Positions 38,118 through 45,902 of a stretch of DNA of 64,000 nucleotides are shown here, one piece after another. Made by a program: the position numbers and the translations under genes. Positions within the stretch are counted from its first letter, which is position 1; every line of letters starts with the position of its first letter. The stretch is from an archaeon (lineage in GTDB: Archaea > Micrarchaeota > Micrarchaeia > Norongarragalinales > UBA97). Location of the stretch: contig JAGVFW010000004.1 in the NCBI GenBank assembly GCA_020057405.1, positions 1-64,000 on the forward strand. Direction: 5' to 3'. Below the pieces are notes generated by a model. The model saw only the letters and a list, made by a program, of their open reading frames with translations, was not told where the DNA came from and did not search any database.

Positions 38118-38942
38118 ATGGGTGAATCGGGTTCGCACAATGATGAGGAAAAGACGCACCACGGAGGCGGGCTTCTTAGTTCCAACAAACTGTTTTACGC
38201 ACTCGCAATCGCAGTGTTTGCGGTCCTCGCCTTCAACCAAATACAGCTTTCTTCACTAAATGCCGCGGCTGCTTCACAGGCAATCCTGCTAAGCTCACAG
38301 CAGCAAATCGCGGCAGCGCAGTCCCAGGTGGCGGCACAAGCCCAGCCGGCGGCAGCGCAGGCCCAGGCAGCGGCCGCCCCGGTCCAGGCCGGTAGCACGG
38401 TAAACCTGCAGGAACTCGCAGACAAGGTGATTCCCCAGGGCGTGCCGGCAATCTACGGCACGGAGCTTGGCGTCACATATAGCGACCCCGTAAACAGCAT
38501 GAACACACTTGCTGCCCTCGACGACGGCAAGGGATTGCCTGACACTATCCAGAACCAGCGGTACGTAAGCATCGCATCACAGATGGCCTGCGAATACTGC
38601 TGCGGGGCAAATACGCTTATTGCCGGGGATGGCAGCGCGGCTTGCGGGTGCGCGCACAGCTACGCAATGAGGGGCCTGGCAAAGTACCTTGTTGTGAAGC
38701 ACGGTTCCGAATTCACTGACGAGCAGATTCTCGCGGAGCTGGGCAAGTGGAAGACGCTGTTCTTCCCCAAGCAAATCCTGACGAAAGCCATTGAGTTCTC
38801 TTCGGCTGGCAAGGACATCAGCATCATCGACCTTACCAGCAACGAGTTCCGCGGCTTTACGGCGCCGGCGCAGGCAGCGTCGGGCGGCCAGTCGGCAGTC
38901 GGCAGCATCGCCAACCTGCCAAACATGGTCGGCGGATGCTGA
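38118..38942 (+). CDS. Membrane-anchored Cys-rich protein (CEYCC...CGCAH) ending in NLPNMVGGC
   Basis: GGTGA SD; His-rich N-terminus, TM helix, Q/A linker, Cys cluster. Confidence 0.8.
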   Translation: MGESGSHNDEEKTHHGGGLLSSNKLFYALAIAVFAVLAFNQIQLSSLNAAAASQAILLSSQQQIAAAQSQVAAQAQPAAAQAQAAAAPVQAGSTVNLQELADKVIPQGVPAIYGTELGVTYSDPVNSMNTLAALDDGKGLPDTIQNQRYVSIASQMACEYCCGANTLIAGDGSAACGCAHSYAMRGLAKYLVVKHGSEFTDEQILAELGKWKTLFFPKQILTKAIEFSSAGKDISIIDLTSNEFRGFTAPAQAASGGQSAVGSIANLPNMVGGC

Positions 38943-38945
38943 GGG

Positions 38946-39059
38946 ATGCGATGCAAGAAGTGCGGTAAGCAGTTCCTCGCGTGCTGCGGGGACGAAGCCG
39001 GGCAATGCCGCGAGTGCGACCCAACCCGGCGACAAAGTTCAAAAAAATGGGAGGAATGA
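38946..39059 (+). CDS. 37-aa CxxC/CxxC microprotein (not in ORF track)
   Basis: MRCKKCGKQFLACCGDEAGQCRECDPTRRQSSKKWEE*; fills the intergenic gap almost exactly. Confidence 0.65.
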   Translation: MRCKKCGKQFLACCGDEAGQCRECDPTRRQSSKKWEE

Positions 39060-39063
39060 TTGA

Positions 39064-39387
39064 ATGGACAAAGGACTGGTAAACGGAATGCTGGTGCTCT
39101 TGCTGCTCGTAAGCGGCTTTGAGGCCATGGAGCTCAATTCGATTAAGGGAACGCTGTCCACACAACAGACGCAGGCACTACCCTTTGCGCTGGCATCTGC
39201 GCAAAGCGCGCAGTTAGTGCAGGCGGCCAGCTCAAGCGGCGGTGGCGAGACTTACGACCAGATGATGGCGCGCATGCACCCCGAACAGGCCGCACAGCAG
39301 CAGGCCCAGACGGCCCAAGCGGTAGCGGCTTCGGGTGGCGCGGCTAGTGCGCTGAACAACTTGCCCAACATGGTCGGCGGCTGCTAA
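39064..39387 (+). CDS. Membrane-anchored protein with MMARMH motif ending in NLPNMVGGC
   Basis: GGAGG SD; TM helix; ETYDQMMARMHP; tail identical to 38118..38942. Confidence 0.8.
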   Translation: MDKGLVNGMLVLLLLVSGFEAMELNSIKGTLSTQQTQALPFALASAQSAQLVQAASSSGGGETYDQMMARMHPEQAAQQQAQTAQAVAASGGAASALNNLPNMVGGC

Positions 39388-39462
39388 AGCCCCGGGGGGG
39401 CCCAATTTCCCTCTTTTTGGGGATTAACGCAAAGAACGAAAAAATTCGAGGTAGTGGAAACT

Positions 39463-40047
39463 ATGAAAATCGCTTTGGTCGCCCTTCTGGGCTTGTTGCT
39501 GGCAATCTCTGGCGCAGCTAGCGCTTACGCCGGCCCGCAGGTGGTGGTTTACAACAACGAGGCCTGCGGCCACTGCCAGCCGTACGTCAACGAGCTTACC
39601 GCCGGCCTCAAGGCAACAGGCTTTGGCGACATCGAAGTGAGGCAGTTCATCAACAACGAGAGCGTGCGCGCCGAGCTCTCCTCGCTGCAGGCCTCGCGGA
39701 AAGTGCCGCTTGAAATGCAGGGCCACCTTGTCGCGTCAGTTGAAGGCGGCAAGTACTTGTTCGAGGGCCACGTGCCGGTCGCACTCGTCACTGACTTCCT
39801 CAAGAACAAGGCCAAGGACTATCCTGGCGGCATTGTCGTAACCCTTGACTCAATGACAAGCGAGGGGCCGTACAAGGTCTTCGACGGCAGGCAAGTCCGC
39901 GAATTTTCTCCCGGCCAGCCCATAGGCTCTTCAGGCGGCCTGCAGGCAGAAGGTTCTGGAATCGGAGACTACGCCCTTCCTTTCCTGATTATCGCGGCGC
40001 CCCTCGCGCTTTTGGCCCTTGCGGCTAACGGTGGTAAAAATGAATAG
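39463..40047 (+). CDS. Exported thioredoxin-fold, CopG/DUF411-like metal protein with C-terminal TM anchor
   Basis: Signal peptide; CGHC, MQGH and YLFEGHVP motifs. Confidence 0.65.
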   Translation: MKIALVALLGLLLAISGAASAYAGPQVVVYNNEACGHCQPYVNELTAGLKATGFGDIEVRQFINNESVRAELSSLQASRKVPLEMQGHLVASVEGGKYLFEGHVPVALVTDFLKNKAKDYPGGIVVTLDSMTSEGPYKVFDGRQVREFSPGQPIGSSGGLQAEGSGIGDYALPFLIIAAPLALLALAANGGKNE

Positions 40048-40774
40048 GAAAAACTTGGCAATAATTGGCGTGGCCGCGTTTCTTGCGGCTACTATCCTGG
40101 CGTTTTCGGGAAGCCTCCTTGCAACGGTTCTAGTTGCGGGCTTCCTTGACGGCATCCACCCGTGCGGCATTGGCGTGCTGTTGTTCTTCGCTGCCTTCCT
40201 GCTCTCGATAAGGAAAGCGCGGCGCGACATACTGGTTGCCGGAGGCGTTTACATCGCAGGCGTGTTCCTCGCCTACCTGCTCATCGGCCTAAGTATAATG
40301 AAGGCCGCGACTTTCTTCCCTCCAATGTTCATGGGCCAACTTAGCGCGGTTCTCCTAGCGGCATTGGGGTTGCTTACCGCAAGGGATGCCCTCGCCGGCA
40401 CCCAAACGCTCAAACTCCCGTCCTTCTCGCGTCCCTGGATACAGGACCTCATCCAAAAAGCCACGCTACCGGCTGCCCTAGCGGCTGGAGTGGTAGTCGG
40501 GCTCTGCGCGTTTCCGTGCGCAGGCGGGATTTACGTAGCCATAATAGGTCTGCTTGCGTCGCGGGTGGACTTCGCGTCAAGCCTTTCTTACCTAGTCGCT
40601 TACAACCTCGCGTTCGTACTTCCACTGGTCTTCCTCTTGTTGGCCGCAACCAACCGGCGGATGGTGGAAAAACTCGAGGCCGCAGAGAGGGCCAACAGGA
40701 AGACGTACAAGCTTGTCTTCGCGGCCGTGCTGCTAGCGCTGGCCGTGGCAGTTTACCTTGGAACCGTGGGATGA
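40040..40774 (+). CDS. CcdA/DsbD-like transmembrane electron transporter
   Basis: DGIHPC and LCAFPCAGGIY motifs; 6-7 TM helices. Confidence 0.8.
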   Translation: MNRKNLAIIGVAAFLAATILAFSGSLLATVLVAGFLDGIHPCGIGVLLFFAAFLLSIRKARRDILVAGGVYIAGVFLAYLLIGLSIMKAATFFPPMFMGQLSAVLLAALGLLTARDALAGTQTLKLPSFSRPWIQDLIQKATLPAALAAGVVVGLCAFPCAGGIYVAIIGLLASRVDFASSLSYLVAYNLAFVLPLVFLLLAATNRRMVEKLEAAERANRKTYKLVFAAVLLALAVAVYLGTVG

Positions 40775-40783
40775 GAAACCCAA

Positions 40784-40912
40784 ATGCCAACCTGCAAATC
40801 GTGCAAAAAATATTACTGGCTCTGCGGAGACTACGAGAACTTGTGCGCGGAATGCATCCGGGCGCGGGTCAAGCGCAAGATCAGCGCAGCTAACGGAGGC
40901 TCACGCGGATGA
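40784..40912 (+). CDS. 42-aa CxxC/CxxC microprotein (not in ORF track)
   Basis: MPTCKSCKKYYWLCGDYENLCAECIRARVKRKISAANGGSRG*; ATGA overlap with the next gene. Confidence 0.65.
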   Translation: MPTCKSCKKYYWLCGDYENLCAECIRARVKRKISAANGGSRG

Positions 40913-41499
40913 AGAAAACGCGAGCCCAACAACGTCCCGAGCGCATGAAGCAAGCGAAGGCCAAGCGGCGGCAGGGATGGCTCGAATGGATGGGAATAGC
41001 TCCCAACGCGGCGGCTGCAGCTGGTTTTGCAGGAATGCTTCTAGTGTACTTCGGCACGCTTAGCCTGTTCAACTCGCCCAGCCACGCGCTCGCGCAGTTT
41101 CGTGGCGACTGGTGGTGGGTGCTCGCGTTTGCCGCTGGAATGGCGGGCCAACTGTGGCTAAGCGTGAAAATCCACGCGAGCACGGCGGCCACGGGCGCTT
41201 CGGCCGGCACTTCAACAGGCACGATGATTGCCTGCTGCGCCCACCACATAACTGACTTAGCGCCACTTGCGGGCGCGGCTTTCCTGGCGGGCCTGTTCGA
41301 CAAGTACCAGCCGCTTTTCATCGGCATCGGCCTGCTTTCAAACGCAGTCGGCCTTTCGCTGCTTCTAAGCCACGCGCAAGAACAAGAGCTCAAAGTGCCG
41401 TTCGCCCGCTTGCTTGACTGGACCCGCGCGTGGAAGTTCGAGGCGGCAATAGGGGCGGGCCTGCTGGCAGCCCTGGCGTTCAAGCTTTACCTTGCGTGA
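40909..41499 (+). CDS. Membrane protein with MIACCAHH motif
   Basis: 4-5 TM helices with a Cys/His cluster. Confidence 0.75.
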   Translation: MKKTRAQQRPERMKQAKAKRRQGWLEWMGIAPNAAAAAGFAGMLLVYFGTLSLFNSPSHALAQFRGDWWWVLAFAAGMAGQLWLSVKIHASTAATGASAGTSTGTMIACCAHHITDLAPLAGAAFLAGLFDKYQPLFIGIGLLSNAVGLSLLLSHAQEQELKVPFARLLDWTRAWKFEAAIGAGLLAALAFKLYLA

Positions 41500-41532
41500 C
41501 AAAACTTGAAGAGAAAAAAAGAGGTGCGGAAA

Positions 41533-41874
41533 ATGGGTGAAGAACTGATGAAATACGCGATGGTGGCAATCGCCATTGCAACGCTGGCATTCGCAGTGTT
41601 TTCGTTTGGAACGCCTGCGGCGCAGCCTGTCGCAGGACAAGCAAACAACATTGCGCTACAGCAAAAACAGGTCTGGCAAGGAGTGTCGAGCACAAGCGCC
41701 TCTGCGGTCCAGACCCAGGCTTTGGACAATAGCCAATGCGGCGACTTGAACGACGACGCCAACGTCCAGCACTTGGGCCACCACCCTGGCCAATATGCAG
41801 CCTGCCTCAAGCAAGTTGACCCGGCGGTGCTAAAGAAGGCAACTGGCAAGACGCTCGGCCAGCTCATCGGGTAA
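41533..41874 (+). CDS. Membrane-anchored protein with C...QHLGHHP...C motif
   Basis: GAGGTG SD, TM helix, His cluster between two Cys. Confidence 0.75.
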   Translation: MGEELMKYAMVAIAIATLAFAVFSFGTPAAQPVAGQANNIALQQKQVWQGVSSTSASAVQTQALDNSQCGDLNDDANVQHLGHHPGQYAACLKQVDPAVLKKATGKTLGQLIG

Positions 41875-41879
41875 GGCAC

Positions 41880-42878
41880 ATGGGTTTCGGCCGCGGCGGC
41901 TTGCCGGCATTCGCGTTTTTCGCAGCACTAGCCGTGCTTGCCGGAGCCGTGGTTTTTGCATTGGCGAGCCTGCAGCAGCAAAAACCCGCGGGTTTCGAGC
42001 AAGCGCAGGCATTGCAGGCCGACATTTCGGCAGGCGATGGGCGCGTCAATACCAAGCTACCAAATGCTTTTAGCGCGACGCCAAGGCCAGCCTCGTCCGC
42101 GGAACCTGCCGGGAAGTGGGATGGCCTTTACGAGGAAATCGCCCCGGCGGCGGGAGTGACGCTGCCGGCAAAGTGGGGCGACGCCGGCCCCAAGCTAGTC
42201 TCAAGCGGGGCGTTAAACTACTCGTTGTTCGCGGCCTCGATGAAGCGAAGCGGCCGGCCGCTCTTGAAGGAGCAGGAAAAAATACTGCTTGAAGGAAGCG
42301 AAGACAACATTACAATTAGCCGCGAAAATCGCCTCTTTGTCTTAAACGTCTTGTGGGCCCTTGGCTTGGCGAACAAGAATCCGGTCCTCACCCACGGGCC
42401 GCTCTCGAACACGCCTTCAGTGGCAATAGGGCAGTTCGCAAGCACTGGCGGCTGGAGCCTGGGCTCCCGCGATTCAGTCGAGCTTGTTTCGTCTTCAGGC
42501 ATCGTCAGCCTCACTCAAGAACAGCAGAAACTGGTTGAGCGCGTGGCGAAGGAAACCTATCGGCCTTGCTGCGACAATCCGACCTTCTTTCCCGACTGCA
42601 ACCACGGCATGGCCGCCCTTGGGCTTGCGGAACTGCTTGCTTCCCAAAACGCTTCAGAGGAACAAATTCTCGCAGCAGTGCTTTACGCCAACAGCTACTG
42701 GTTCCCGCAGGCTTACGCGGACATTGCCGAGCACTTCAAGGAAAATGGGATTGCGTGGAAGGACGTCGGGCCGGGAGTTGCGCTGGCCGCGAATTACTCA
42801 AGCGCAAGCGGCCATTCGCGCATACTCAGGCAACTAAAAGAAAAGCCCGCCTTGACGCCAGAGGCAAGCGGGTGCTGA
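41880..42878 (+). CDS. Membrane-anchored protein with PCC...DCNHGMA motif, ending in SGC
   Basis: 332 aa with an N-terminal TM helix and a Cys/His cluster. Confidence 0.8.
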   Translation: MGFGRGGLPAFAFFAALAVLAGAVVFALASLQQQKPAGFEQAQALQADISAGDGRVNTKLPNAFSATPRPASSAEPAGKWDGLYEEIAPAAGVTLPAKWGDAGPKLVSSGALNYSLFAASMKRSGRPLLKEQEKILLEGSEDNITISRENRLFVLNVLWALGLANKNPVLTHGPLSNTPSVAIGQFASTGGWSLGSRDSVELVSSSGIVSLTQEQQKLVERVAKETYRPCCDNPTFFPDCNHGMAALGLAELLASQNASEEQILAAVLYANSYWFPQAYADIAEHFKENGIAWKDVGPGVALAANYSSASGHSRILRQLKEKPALTPEASGC

Positions 42879-42906
42879 CGGTAAATTGCATTGGAGGGGG
42901 AATTCA

Positions 42907-43116
42907 GTGGTTTTGGAAAAACTTTGGGAATCAGTGAAGAAGAACCATTTTGCGCAAATGGCAATCTGCTGCGCGCTGCCGATAGTGGTAATCTTCGCGC
43001 TTGAGGCGATGGGCTATACCGGCGGCTGGGTTTTTGCGATTGCCATAGCCGTTTGCGTGGGCTCGCACATCGTCATGTCTTACTTTGCTTCAAAGGAGGG
43101 GAAAACATGCCACTAG
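42907..43116 (+). CDS. Small two-TM Cys/His/Met protein (DUF2933-like)
   Basis: H..QMAICC, CVGSHIVM, C-terminal TCH; GGAGG SD. Confidence 0.65.
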   Translation: MVLEKLWESVKKNHFAQMAICCALPIVVIFALEAMGYTGGWVFAIAIAVCVGSHIVMSYFASKEGKTCH

Positions 43117-43232
43117 AACTTGGGAAGTATCGGCCGTGGGTTGAAAACGGCTTCTGGATACTGGTGTTCGCAGTCGTCTACATTGCCATGCAAAAGGTTA
43201 TGCACCCGGGCTGGACGCTCTTAGGGTACTAG
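43107..43232 (+). CDS. 41-aa single-TM microprotein (not in ORF track)
   Basis: MPLELGKYRPWVENGFWILVFAVVYIAMQKVMHPGWTLLGY*; GGAGGG SD. Confidence 0.55.
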   Translation: MPLELGKYRPWVENGFWILVFAVVYIAMQKVMHPGWTLLGY

Positions 43233-43248
43233 AAGGGGAGGTGGGAAA

Positions 43249-43290
43249 ATGCCTGAAAAGAAATCTAGGAAAAAACACGGTTGCTGCTAG
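43249..43290 (+). CDS. Putative 13-aa peptide MPEKKSRKKHGCC
   Basis: Strong GGAGGTG SD directly upstream; followed by a hairpin. Confidence 0.4.
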   Translation: MPEKKSRKKHGCC

Positions 43291-43306
43291 GGGCAAGGGA
43301 GGCCGC

Positions 43307-43335
43307 CCGCCTTCGTCACAAAACGGCGAAGGCGG
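43307..43335 (+). other. GC-rich stem-loop at the end of the operon
   Basis: CCGCCTTCGTC-ACAAAAC-GGCGAAGGCGG (11-bp stem with one G-U pair). Confidence 0.55.
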
Positions 43336-43428
43336 CTCCGGCCCAAGCCAATCCTGAGCTCTCGCACTCATCACCTATTTCACTCCCCACGCGTCCTCAA
43401 AGCTTTTTAGGCAAGCTGCACTAGCCTT

Positions 43429-44562
43429 GTGCGAGGTAAACGAGGCTTGGAGGAGAAACGCAACCCTACAGCGGTAATCATCGGCGCGAGCTTTGCGGGC
43501 ATCAACGCCGCCCTCACGCTAAAGCGCCTCGAGCCCGGCTTTGAAGTCATCGTGCTTGACAAGGACGACTGCTTCACCATGATGCCGGCCCTATACGAAA
43601 CGGCGGCCCGCGGCGAGGGCAACGCCGAAATCTCGGTTTCCCTTGCCTCGGTTGCCAAAAAACACGGCTTCACTTTCTTTCACGACGAGGCGGTTTTCGT
43701 CGATAGGAAAAAGCGGCGGGTGAACACGCGCAACGGAGAGAAAATTTCGTTTGACTACCTCGTGATTGCCATTGGCGCCCGGACCAACTACTATGCCGTC
43801 GAGGGCGTCGAGAAGCACGCGCTCAACCTCAAGCGCAGGCAAGACGGCGAGAAAATCAGCGAGCGGCTCAGGCTCGGCCTGCTTAGGGGAAAGCCGCTCA
43901 AAATTGTCGTGTGCGGTGGCGGCATGAGCGGCATCCAGTTTACAAGCGAGCTTGCCGACTGGCTCAAGGGCCAGGGAGGCGGGCACGAGATTCGGCTCTT
44001 CCACACCGCCCCGCGCCTGGCGTCCGAACTGCCAGAGGAATTCAGCGAACTGGCGAGAAAATCGCTTGAGCGCAAGAGCGTGAAAGTGATGCTTAACACG
44101 CCCGTGTCGCGGGTGATGAAAAAAGGAGTGGAGACCACCGCCGGGGCAAAGCACGACGCGGACCTGGTGCTTTGGTGCGGGGGGAACAAGCCGCCAGAGG
44201 CGCTTGCCAAGACGGGCTTGCCACTCGAGAACGGGTACGTGGCGACAAACGAGTTTCTTCAAAGCCCTGCTGAAGAGCGAATTTTCGCAGCTGGGGACTG
44301 CACGGCGGTTAAGACGCATGACGGGAAGCCCGCTTACCAGACTGTTTGGAACGCCGTGCTTGAAGGCAGGACGGCGGCGCAAAACATTTCCCGCCACTTT
44401 AGGGGCAGGCCACTTATACCCTACTCGGCATCGAACGTGCCCATAGTGTTCACGCTGGGGCGCAACTACGGCGTCCTCTACTACAAGGGCATCATGCTTA
44501 CGGGCCGCCTGGTCGCCTGGCTAAAGCGGTTCGTCGAGCGCACGTACCTAAACGCGCTTTGA
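43429..44562 (+). CDS. NDH-2/SQR-family FAD-dependent oxidoreductase
   Basis: IIGASFAG, DYLVIAIG, GGGMSG, FAAGD. Confidence 0.85.
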   Translation: MRGKRGLEEKRNPTAVIIGASFAGINAALTLKRLEPGFEVIVLDKDDCFTMMPALYETAARGEGNAEISVSLASVAKKHGFTFFHDEAVFVDRKKRRVNTRNGEKISFDYLVIAIGARTNYYAVEGVEKHALNLKRRQDGEKISERLRLGLLRGKPLKIVVCGGGMSGIQFTSELADWLKGQGGGHEIRLFHTAPRLASELPEEFSELARKSLERKSVKVMLNTPVSRVMKKGVETTAGAKHDADLVLWCGGNKPPEALAKTGLPLENGYVATNEFLQSPAEERIFAAGDCTAVKTHDGKPAYQTVWNAVLEGRTAAQNISRHFRGRPLIPYSASNVPIVFTLGRNYGVLYYKGIMLTGRLVAWLKRFVERTYLNAL

Positions 44563-44596
44563 GTCTGCTGCGCAAAATGTAATTAAGAGCGCGCTC

Positions 44597-45562
44597 GTGA
44601 TATTTTCCATGGACTGGTTTACCCTCCTGCTCTCGGTTGCGGGCCTGGCGTTCTTTGAAATCATACTTAGCGTGGACAATGCCGTAATCAACGCGAGTGT
44701 GCTAAAGGGCATGTCCGATTGGGCGCGCCGGTGGTTTTTGGTTTGGGGCATTTTCATAGCCGTTTTCGTCGTGCGCGGCGTGCTGCCCTGGGCAATAGTG
44801 TTCTTCTCAAACCCGTCACTTGGCATCATAGGCTCGCTTACCGCGACTTTTAGCAGCGACCCGCAAGTCATCCACCAAATCGAGTCAAGCAAGCCCGCGC
44901 TCTTGAGCTTCTCGGGCATCTTCCTCGTCTTCCTTTTCTTCCACTGGCTCTTCATGGAAACAAAGAACTTCGGCCTGCGCGGCGAAGAGTTCATCCAGCG
45001 CCACGGCCTGTGGTTCTACACCATAGCGTCATTCATCTTGCTCGGCTACACTTGGTTTGCCATCCAAATCAATCCCATGATGGCATTTGGAGCGGTTGCC
45101 GGCTCGACGACTTTCTTCATCATGCACGGCTTCAAGCAAAACGCCGAAGCCAAGGAACACGAGCTGATGGAAGGCGGGACACGACTAAGCGACTGGAGCA
45201 AGCTTCTCTACCTCGAAGTCATCGACGCGAGCTTCTCAATTGACGGGGTGCTTGGCGCCTTCGCATTCACCTTCTCGATTCCCCTAATCATAGTCGGGAG
45301 CGGCATCGGAGCCATTGCCGTGCGCGAGTTGACCATCCACAACATAGACCGCGTGTCAAAATACAAGTACCTCAAAAACGGCGCGATGTACAGCGTCTTT
45401 ATCTTGGGCATCATCATGCTAGCAAACGCTTTTGGCGCCCATGTCCCCGAATGGCAGACGGCAGTAGTGCCGTTTGCCTGCATCGGCTACTTCTACTGGC
45501 GGTCAAAGAAAGAGATGGAATCCGAGCCGGATGAGAAAAAAGTAAGGACGGAAAAAGGCTAA
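44597..45562 (+). CDS. TerC-like / DUF475 membrane protein
   Basis: LSVDNAVINA, LEVIDASFSIDGV, YLKNGAMYS. Confidence 0.85.
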   Translation: MIFSMDWFTLLLSVAGLAFFEIILSVDNAVINASVLKGMSDWARRWFLVWGIFIAVFVVRGVLPWAIVFFSNPSLGIIGSLTATFSSDPQVIHQIESSKPALLSFSGIFLVFLFFHWLFMETKNFGLRGEEFIQRHGLWFYTIASFILLGYTWFAIQINPMMAFGAVAGSTTFFIMHGFKQNAEAKEHELMEGGTRLSDWSKLLYLEVIDASFSIDGVLGAFAFTFSIPLIIVGSGIGAIAVRELTIHNIDRVSKYKYLKNGAMYSVFILGIIMLANAFGAHVPEWQTAVVPFACIGYFYWRSKKEMESEPDEKKVRTEKG

Positions 45563-45888
45563 CCACGAGCCACCTTGTGCTTGTCGCCCTCCCGAACCAT
45601 GAGCAGGCCGGCGATTATCCTTAATGCCCAGCCGATTTCAAAAAAGAGGATGCCCTTGTCGGGAGAAATTATGACACTGCCTATTGACTCTAGAACCAGG
45701 TAGGCACCGGCTGCGGGGTAAAACCGCTTCGGGAGCCAGCCCCCGATAAGTAAGACGCCAACGAGGCCCCGCAACGCTCGGCCGAGGGTGAACACGTCGT
45801 ACTGGTCGGTGCTAATCGCAATCGAGACGAGCGCGTCAAGCACTATCCACGCGCCCAGAAACTGCAGCGCCAGCCGTTCTATTTTCAT
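45559..45888 (-). CDS. Small 4-TM membrane protein with internal duplication
   Basis: Two similar halves: GAWIVLD..SIAISTD..GRALR and GAYLVLE..SVIISPD..GWALR. Confidence 0.65.
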   Translation of the reverse strand: MKIERLALQFLGAWIVLDALVSIAISTDQYDVFTLGRALRGLVGVLLIGGWLPKRFYPAAGAYLVLESIGSVIISPDKGILFFEIGWALRIIAGLLMVREGDKHKVARG

Positions 45889-45902
45889 TTCAAGCACTGA
45901 AG

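Noticed and set aside
38270-38400. Q/A-rich repeats as a tandem repeat or CRISPR-like array
   Set aside because: This is a low-complexity protein linker with no fixed repeat-spacer period; no CRISPR array or cas gene is present in the window.
43291-43345. Hairpin as an archaeal SECIS element
   Set aside because: It lacks the 5' GAA/A internal-loop arrangement; a terminator or processing stem is more likely.
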